Origin: a virus
Taxonomy: Duplodnaviria; Caudoviricetes
Strand: one strand, 5' to 3'
Length of the DNA stretch: 36,798 nt
IMG/VR virus record: IMGVR_UViG_3300030330_005218
Coordinates: 1-36,798 of that record
The position numbers and the translations under genes are program-made. This document shows, one piece after another, positions 30,974-36,798 of this stretch. Positions within the stretch are counted from its first letter, which is position 1. Each line of letters begins with the position of its first letter. A model generated the notes under the pieces. It ran no database searches. It was not told the DNA's origin and worked only from the letters and a program-made list of their open reading frames with translations.

Positions 30974-32635
30974 ATGGCTAGAAATAGAATTATTTATCAA
31001 AGTGAGGCGCTTTTCGCAGGTCAGTTGACCGGTGTTACAGACGCGCATAACGAAAATCAAATAAAGCAGCTGCACCGAGTCCAATCGGCCAACTACGCTT
31101 TTAACATATCTAGAACTGACGTTAACCAATTTGGTGAACTGGCAGCTATAGATAGAGTCGTACTAGATACCCCGACGGTTTCTCTAGATTTCTCTTATTA
31201 TTTAGCTAATTTTGCTAATGAAGCTAATCTTGGTTTTACTGTTAATGGAGTAAGCTCAAGTGCCGACAGTATGACTTCTGCTTTATCTGGTATTTTAAAT
31301 AGAACTGCTGACGAAAGAAACTTTTTTATTCAGACATCTAGAGAAGGTGAAGATGCAGTTGGAGATGAGAATAGGCATAGCATATCAGACTCTAGTATTT
31401 CAGCTAGCACTATAGGTATCGGCAATGCTTTCATGACTTCTTATAGTTCAGAAGCTTCGGTTGGAGGATTTCCAACTGTTTCTATCGCTGCTGAAGGCAT
31501 GAATATGAATTTCAGCACTGGAACTACTGGTGTTCCGAATCCGGGTATCGATAGAATCAACGGAACTGCTGCCACTACTCTTTGCGACCTTCCTCCAGCT
31601 AGCGGAAGCGCTACTCTTGAGTCTTCTGACGATCCTACTTCTGGAATTCTAGGTCTTAGTACCTTACGCCCCGGAGATATTACTATCAAGGTCGCGGAAA
31701 ATGATGGAACTAACGTTTTTGGTACTACTAATTATGATCTTGGTGGCGCGAAGCTTCCAACTAGCGCCGGAGATGCTACAAGCTCAGCTAATATTCAGAG
31801 CTATAATATTTCTTTTGATCTTGGAAGAACTCCGATTCAGAGACTTGGAAATAGATTTGCGTTTGCTCGTGAGATTGATTTCCCAGTGAATCTTTCACTT
31901 AGCGTAGACGCTATTTTGACTGATTTAACCACCGGTAACTTGAATGACCTTATTGATTGTGAAAAATCGTATAACGTTGAAATTGAGCTTAAAGGCGCTA
32001 CTGGAGATGTTTGCGGCGCTGCTGGCAAAACTACAGTTGCTAAATATATCTTAAAAGACATGAGGCCAGATTCACAGTCTTTCAGTTCTTCTATCGGAGA
32101 TAACAAGACTGTTACTATCGACTTCACTAGCCAAATCGGTGGTCCAAGACAGAACGATGTTGGATTATTCATGGCTGGTGTTACTCAGGCTAATACAGTT
32201 GATCAAACTGGCCCAACGTTTGAAACCTTCGAGGTTCAAAGCGCTAACCAGCACGTCAATGGAACTGTTAGTGGCGATTTGGTATTTAAATTCAACGAGC
32301 CAGTACAGCACAAAAGAGCTGACGGAACCACGAGAGATCTTCTTACTTCTGATTTTGTCCTCAAGACCGGAGCTACCGCTTCGATGACCGATCCAGACAC
32401 CTTAACAAGTGGAACTCATTATCAATTAATAAATAACGTATCTGATAAGACATTTGTTTTGAGATTCGTTGCGCCGGGCGGTATAGCCAAAATGAATACT
32501 GCCGCAGGAAGCGACTTGTTTATATCTGGTAATGTTCAAGCTACCACGAACGATTTGCTTGGTAATGCCATAGCAGCTGCAGAAGCTCCGATTCATACAC
32601 CAATCGATTCTCAGATATTCGGAACACAACCATAA
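30974..32635 (+). CDS. Major tail tube protein with C-terminal Ig-like domain
   Basis: Beta-rich, Gly/Ser/Thr-rich, internally two-part (RVQSANYAFNISRTDVNQFG / NIQSYNISFDLGRTPIQRLG). C-terminal D..GPT...FKFNEPV...DLLGN. Lies upstream of chaperones and tape measure. Confidence 0.7.
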   Translation: MARNRIIYQSEALFAGQLTGVTDAHNENQIKQLHRVQSANYAFNISRTDVNQFGELAAIDRVVLDTPTVSLDFSYYLANFANEANLGFTVNGVSSSADSMTSALSGILNRTADERNFFIQTSREGEDAVGDENRHSISDSSISASTIGIGNAFMTSYSSEASVGGFPTVSIAAEGMNMNFSTGTTGVPNPGIDRINGTAATTLCDLPPASGSATLESSDDPTSGILGLSTLRPGDITIKVAENDGTNVFGTTNYDLGGAKLPTSAGDATSSANIQSYNISFDLGRTPIQRLGNRFAFAREIDFPVNLSLSVDAILTDLTTGNLNDLIDCEKSYNVEIELKGATGDVCGAAGKTTVAKYILKDMRPDSQSFSSSIGDNKTVTIDFTSQIGGPRQNDVGLFMAGVTQANTVDQTGPTFETFEVQSANQHVNGTVSGDLVFKFNEPVQHKRADGTTRDLLTSDFVLKTGATASMTDPDTLTSGTHYQLINNVSDKTFVLRFVAPGGIAKMNTAAGSDLFISGNVQATTNDLLGNAIAAAEAPIHTPIDSQIFGTQP

Positions 32636-32654
32636 TCCAGAAAGATAAAATATT

Positions 32655-32810
32655 ATGAGTTACGCAAATAAGTTATATAAGAAAAAAACGGAAGCTCCTG
32701 CTCCTACTCCGGCCCCAGCGCCTGAACCGGAGCCAGCCCCGGAGCCTCCCGCTCCGGAACCTTCGGATGGTCCAGATTTGGGAATAGAAAGAGCAGGAGA
32801 ATTAGGTTAG
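32655..32810 (+). CDS. Small Pro/Glu/Ala-rich protein (51 aa), not in ORF track
   Basis: MSYANKLYKKKTEAPAPTPAPAPEPEPAPEPPAPEPSDGPDLGIERAGELG*. Lies between the tail tube stop and a terminator. Confidence 0.65.
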   Translation: MSYANKLYKKKTEAPAPTPAPAPEPEPAPEPPAPEPSDGPDLGIERAGELG

Positions 32811-32867
32811 TTTATTTCACAAAGTTAACGCTCTAGAAGCGTTTCACACCTTCAATAAACAAAATCC

Positions 32868-32891
32868 AAGCCCCTTTTTAGGGGCTTTTTT
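32868..32891 (+). terminator. Rho-independent terminator
   Basis: AAGCCCCT-TTTT-AGGGGCTT hairpin running into a T-tract. Confidence 0.85.
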
Positions 32892-32902
32892 CTTGTTTTT
32901 GT

Positions 32903-32909
32903 GTGTAAT
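32903..32909 (+). promoter_or_regulatory. GTGTAAT motif (candidate late promoter)
   Basis: Directly after the terminator, 34 nt before ATG 32944. Confidence 0.6.
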
Positions 32910-32943
32910 TATTTATAGGTAAAAGGTACAGTAAAGGTATATT

Positions 32944-33174
32944 ATGGAAAAAGATATTGTCGAAAACTTTTTCTCGTTTCAATTAAAGAGAAAAATTACA
33001 GGATTATACAAAACATTCTTCTTTATTTTAGAAGACCTTAATTCAGAAGGTATACAAATCCCCGAAGAAAACTACAAAAGAATACGTAAACGTATTCTTG
33101 ATCAAGGCAACGATACTATTCGAGAACTTGAAGAATATTTTGACAAATACTTAGAATTCCATAAGAATAAATAA
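32944..33174 (+). CDS. Hypothetical protein (76 aa, helical)
   Basis: ORF preceded by AAAGGT SD-like sequences. Confidence 0.7.
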   Translation: MEKDIVENFFSFQLKRKITGLYKTFFFILEDLNSEGIQIPEENYKRIRKRILDQGNDTIRELEEYFDKYLEFHKNK

Positions 33175-33175
33175 G

Positions 33176-33946
33176 ATGAAAAGGTTATACGAATTCACCG
33201 TAAAGAAAAAGGAATCGGTCGAGAAGGAAGTCCAAGACGTAAATAAGGCTGGAGAAGAAATTACAGTCAAGAAAACTGTCGAGGAAGAGGTAGAAAAAAA
33301 GTTCTTCTTACGAAGACCAACTCGCGCAATGCTAGACGAAGGAGAACTTTATTATGGCGTAGAATTAGGCAAAGCTATTCGCGCTGGAATGATTACTCGG
33401 CCGCTGCTGCATAAACGTTATACTAACGACGGAGGTATAATGAATGACCTCCAACAAAAAGCTTTCGACGAACTTACTAAAGAGCTTAGAGAGATATATA
33501 AACAGCAGGAAGAGATTAACGTAATCGACGAAAAGAAAAGAACCAACGCTCAAAAGAAAAAGCATAAGGAGCTAGAGGATAAGGCTAAACCATATCTTGA
33601 AACCATGAGAAGATATAACATGGCCGAAGAGTCTATCTTTGAAGATACCGCCGAATCTCGCGCTAGAAATAAAGCAATTTTGTGGTGGGTGTTGTTCATG
33701 TCATATAATGATGATGAGACTCCATTTTTTGACAAAGGAGAATTAGAAGATCGCATCGAAAAATATGATGAAATTGACGAAGGTCAAGATCCGTTTTTGA
33801 CTTCTGTAGTAGGAGAGTTCACCTATAATATCAGCCTATGGTACTTCGCCCGTCCAAACAGTAAAGAACAATTCGAGGAATTGAAGAAAGGCGTCACTGA
33901 CTTGGAAGAGGAGCCGGAGGAAAAAGAAGAGAAGAAAAAGAAATAG
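33176..33946 (+). CDS. Probable tail assembly chaperone 1
   Basis: Highly charged helical 256-aa protein with an F.LRRPTR motif, located between tail tube and tape measure. Confidence 0.5.
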   Translation: MKRLYEFTVKKKESVEKEVQDVNKAGEEITVKKTVEEEVEKKFFLRRPTRAMLDEGELYYGVELGKAIRAGMITRPLLHKRYTNDGGIMNDLQQKAFDELTKELREIYKQQEEINVIDEKKRTNAQKKKHKELEDKAKPYLETMRRYNMAEESIFEDTAESRARNKAILWWVLFMSYNDDETPFFDKGELEDRIEKYDEIDEGQDPFLTSVVGEFTYNISLWYFARPNSKEQFEELKKGVTDLEEEPEEKEEKKKK

Positions 33947-33965
33947 TTTAGTTGTTAAAACCTTG

Positions 33966-33991
33966 GCCCCCCTTAATCGGGGGGCTTTTTT
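33966..33991 (+). terminator. Rho-independent terminator abutting next start codon
   Basis: GCCCCCC-TTAATC-GGGGGGC-TTTTTT followed immediately by ATG 33992. Confidence 0.8.
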
Positions 33992-34987
33992 ATGGAAAGG
34001 CAGGAATTAAAATTAGTATTTTCGGAGATAGTCGAGGGATATTCCTTGACTCGCTCTGAACTATTCGGCGATTTAAAAATTAAACATATCAATAACTATG
34101 ATTCGGCGAAAACAGATATTAAAAATAATTACTATTTTGAAAAAGCCGTATCACAAGGACTGCCTAAAAGAGAAGAAAAAGTAGAATATTTGATAAAAGA
34201 AAAACTCTGGGATCCTGAGAAAGATAAAGAGGCAGATAGATTAAAAGAAATGCTGAAGGGTATGAACAGGACGAAGTCAAAATTGTTCCTACAAGCTCAA
34301 ATAGACGCTATAAAAAAAGATATAGTAAATAACGAAATGAAGTTAAGTAACATATTGGCTGAGAAAGAATCTGTTATAGGATTCACCGCCGAAGAATATG
34401 CTAACAGAAGAATCAACGAATACTATATGCACATATCTATTCTCGACGAAGAGGGTAAACAGCTTTTCGGCGAAAATGAATTTGATGAATTAGAACAGGA
34501 TCAAGTAAATGATATAATGCAGGTTTACGAAAAGAATAATCGTAAATTTAAAGCTGAAATTTTAAAAAAAATATCTTTAGCAGACTTTTTTACAAATATC
34601 TTTTATCTCTGCGAAGATAACGTATTTAATTTTTATGGGAAACCAGTAATAGATCTCACTTTTTACCAAATAGAAATATACAGTTACGGTAGATATTTCA
34701 AAAGTATTATACAAAACTCGGAAGAAAAGATACCTGACCACATAGTCGAGGATCCGGATAAACTGATAGAATGGGCCGAATCTAGCAAGAATGTAAAAGA
34801 AGTCCTTGAGAAGAGCTCTGGGGACGCAGAAAGCGGCGCTTCTAGCATCATGGGAGCCACGAAACAAGACTTGGCAAAAGCCGGAATAGATGAAAACCAA
34901 GATGTTATAGATTTATCTCAAAAAGCCCAAGAAAAGGGCGGAAGACTCACTATGGAAGATATGATGAAATTGCACGGAGTCAAGTAA
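33992..34987 (+). CDS. Probable tail assembly chaperone 2 / pre-tape-measure protein
   Basis: Charged helical 331-aa protein with FYGKPVIDLTFYQ, immediately before the tape measure gene. Confidence 0.5.
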   Translation: MERQELKLVFSEIVEGYSLTRSELFGDLKIKHINNYDSAKTDIKNNYYFEKAVSQGLPKREEKVEYLIKEKLWDPEKDKEADRLKEMLKGMNRTKSKLFLQAQIDAIKKDIVNNEMKLSNILAEKESVIGFTAEEYANRRINEYYMHISILDEEGKQLFGENEFDELEQDQVNDIMQVYEKNNRKFKAEILKKISLADFFTNIFYLCEDNVFNFYGKPVIDLTFYQIEIYSYGRYFKSIIQNSEEKIPDHIVEDPDKLIEWAESSKNVKEVLEKSSGDAESGASSIMGATKQDLAKAGIDENQDVIDLSQKAQEKGGRLTMEDMMKLHGVK

Positions 34988-34991
34988 AAAA

Positions 34992-34998
34992 GTGTAAT
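34992..34998 (+). promoter_or_regulatory. GTGTAAT motif (candidate late promoter)
   Basis: AAAAAAGTGTAAT, 7 nt before GTG 35006. Confidence 0.6.
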
Positions 34999-35005
34999 TT
35001 AATAC

Positions 35006-36798
35006 GTGGCGGAGAAGTTACGGGCAGAATTAGAGATACTAACGGCAAAGGCTGAAAAGGATTTAAAAAGGTTTGATAGATCTTTAGCTGGTGTCGAGAG
35101 AAGAATTACGTCTATGGGCGGCAAAGGAGGCAAGTCCCTAAAGCCTCTTGGAGAAGGTTTATCCGCCGCTACAGTAAATGCCAACGAATTTGAGAAATCG
35201 ATGGCAGCGGCGAATGCCCGTGTTATTGCGTTCGGTGCTTCTGCTGGTCTGATAATGGCCGTCCAACGTGCGTTAAGAGAAACTGTCCGCGCCACTGTTG
35301 AAGTTGAAAAATCTCTTGCTGATATTAACGTTGTATTAAATACTAATAATAGAACTCTACAGCAGTTCGGAGACAATCTTTTTAAAGTAGCAGGACAGAC
35401 CGGACAAGGATTTAAAGCCGTAGCTACTGCTGCGACAGAATTAGCAAGGCAAGGTCTAGGAATGGAGAAAACTCTTCTCCGTACTAAAGACGCTCTCATT
35501 CTTACAAGGCTTACTGGAATGGGCGCTGAAGAAGCGGTGTCTTCCTTAACTGCTGCTGTTAACTCTTTTTCTAAAGCTGGGATAACTTCTGCTCAAGTGG
35601 TTAATAAAATGGCAAAAGTCGATCAGGCTTTTGCTGTAAGTTCAGACGATTTAGCTAAAGCTATTTCTCGTGTTGGTTCATCTGCAGTTGATGCCGGAGT
35701 TAGCATGGACGAACTTCTTGCTATTACGACCGCGGTACAACAGAGAACTGCTCGTGGCGGCGCCGTAATAGGTAACGCTTTCAAAACTATTTTTACTAGG
35801 ATTGGGAGAACTGACGTTCAGAAAAAGTTGTCTGACATAGGTGTTGCGACTAGGGATATGGCTACAGGAGCCATGCTCCCTGCTACGAAAGTATTGCAAA
35901 ACCTTTCTAAACAATTTAAAACCCTTAGTCAAACTCAACAAAACCAGATAGCAGAAAGCGTGGCTGGAGTTTTCCAAGTTAATATTCTGCGTGCTGCTTT
36001 AGGAGATCTATCAAATAAATATGGGGTATATAATAGAGCCGTAAGAGAGTCCGCTACCGCTACTGATGAAGCTTATAGAAAAAATGAACAATTAAACCAA
36101 ACTTTAGATGCGCTAACAAATAAAACTTTAGCAAACTTAACTAAAGCTGGAGCTGCTATAGGCGGGGCGACTTTAAAACCTGCTATAGAAAATGTTTTAA
36201 ATTTAGTAAACGGAGCTATAGGAGCATTTAGCAAAGGAGGTAGGTTCGAAGAATTTGGCAAGGGTATAGGAAAAGATCTACTAGAAGGCTTAGGTAAATT
36301 TATATCAGGACCCGGGTTAGTTATATTAACTGCTGGAATTGTTAAGCTTGGAGCAAGTTTCGCAGGGTTTGCTTTCGATGCGCTGAAAGGATTCGCGGCT
36401 ATAGGAAAAGAGGCTGCTAATAGAAAAGCTTTAGAAGCACAAATAACCGCAGAGCTGCAGAGACAGCCAAATATAATAAAACAAATAGAAAGAGGCGAAC
36501 TATCTGCCGCTAACGCTGCTAGAGATATGTTGGCAGCCATGAAAGCTTCAAATCTAGAAGCTACAAAACTTGCTACAACTACTTCAAGAATATCTGCTAG
36601 TATGATAGGAATGGGCGGTCTTAGAAGACCCGGTCGAGCCCAAGGTTTTATTCCTAACTTCGCCGATCCAAATGCAGAAAGAGCTTCCGCCGCTATGGGC
36701 GGATATAAAGCTGGCGCTATTAAAAACATGAACATTCCGGGGCAGGGCTCTGTGATGTATAATAGCGCAGAAACTGTTAAGAGATTCCCGGGTATGCA
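35006..36798 (+). CDS. Tail tape measure protein, TP901-family core (partial, runs off window; not in ORF track)
   Basis: Frame from GTG 35006: MAEKLRAELEILTAKAEKDLKRF...EVEKSLADINVVL...ATELARQGLG...LTRLTG...DDLAKAISRVGSSAVDAGVSMDELLAITTAVQQRTARGGAVIGNAFKTIFTRI. Ala/Gly-rich and helical. Confidence 0.9.
   Translation, partial: MAEKLRAELEILTAKAEKDLKRFDRSLAGVERRITSMGGKGGKSLKPLGEGLSAATVNANEFEKSMAAANARVIAFGASAGLIMAVQRALRETVRATVEVEKSLADINVVLNTNNRTLQQFGDNLFKVAGQTGQGFKAVATAATELARQGLGMEKTLLRTKDALILTRLTGMGAEEAVSSLTAAVNSFSKAGITSAQVVNKMAKVDQAFAVSSDDLAKAISRVGSSAVDAGVSMDELLAITTAVQQRTARGGAVIGNAFKTIFTRIGRTDVQKKLSDIGVATRDMATGAMLPATKVLQNLSKQFKTLSQTQQNQIAESVAGVFQVNILRAALGDLSNKYGVYNRAVRESATATDEAYRKNEQLNQTLDALTNKTLANLTKAGAAIGGATLKPAIENVLNLVNGAIGAFSKGGRFEEFGKGIGKDLLEGLGKFISGPGLVILTAGIVKLGASFAGFAFDALKGFAAIGKEAANRKALEAQITAELQRQPNIIKQIERGELSAANAARDMLAAMKASNLEATKLATTTSRISASMIGMGGLRRPGRAQGFIPNFADPNAERASAAMGGYKAGAIKNMNIPGQGSVMYNSAETVKRFPGM

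Larger units (their letters stand above)
1..36798 (+). mobile_element. Tailed bacteriophage structural module (tail fibres/adhesins, neck, tail tube, chaperones, tape measure)
   Basis: Tightly packed co-oriented ORFs, many with TAATG/ATGA overlaps. Collagen/LamG fibre proteins, a tail-tube-like gene, then a TP901-like tape measure gene. No cellular housekeeping genes. Free phage versus prophage cannot be decided from this window. Confidence 0.93.

Noticed and set aside
32827-32843. Small hairpin AACGCT-CTAGA-AGCGTT as an ncRNA or regulatory element
   Set aside because: Only a 6-bp stem with no other support; it may be chance.
33920-33994. Programmed frameshift or readthrough fusing the two chaperone ORFs
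   Set aside because: The ORFs are in the same frame but separated by TAG and two TAA stops. The -1 frame stops at once and the +1 frame does not join the downstream ORF.
34999-36735. Minus-strand ORFs 34999-35499, 35678-35977 and 36073-36735
   Set aside because: They are antisense to the tape measure gene, which the track omits because it has no stop within the window.
1-36798. Stop-codon reassignment (alternative genetic code)
   Set aside because: Coding density is already near complete in code 11, and TAA, TGA and TAG all end genes at sensible boundaries.

Overview
The window is the virion-structure region of a large tailed dsDNA phage (Caudoviricetes). All credible genes lie on the + strand in the standard code. 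About 27 kb (1.9-28.4 kb) is a receptor-binding/tail-fibre locus. It holds three collagen- or Gly-rich fibre proteins (1419, 580 and 2835 aa), nine paralogous ~370-aa genes (short N-peptide + LamG/concanavalin-like domain + 'AKAWVNF...FGN' C-terminal domain), a beta-helix-like protein, a lipoprotein inserted in the array, and small Tfa-like chaperone genes. Putative neck/tail-completion genes, a major tail tube protein, two probable tail-assembly chaperones and a truncated TP901-type tape measure gene follow. The most notable features are: (1) two parallel units of 'scaffold fibre ending in ...IMVRHVY + LamG cassette array + chaperone', suggesting a branched, multi-adhesin fibre; (2) DNA-level conserved boxes, including synonymous positions, flanking hypervariable cassette cores; (3) tandem cupredoxin-like domains with type-1-copper-like ligands in the giant fibre; and (4) a recurring intergenic GTGTAAT motif, a candidate phage late promoter. 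All functional calls come from motif recognition and gene order only; no database searches were run.
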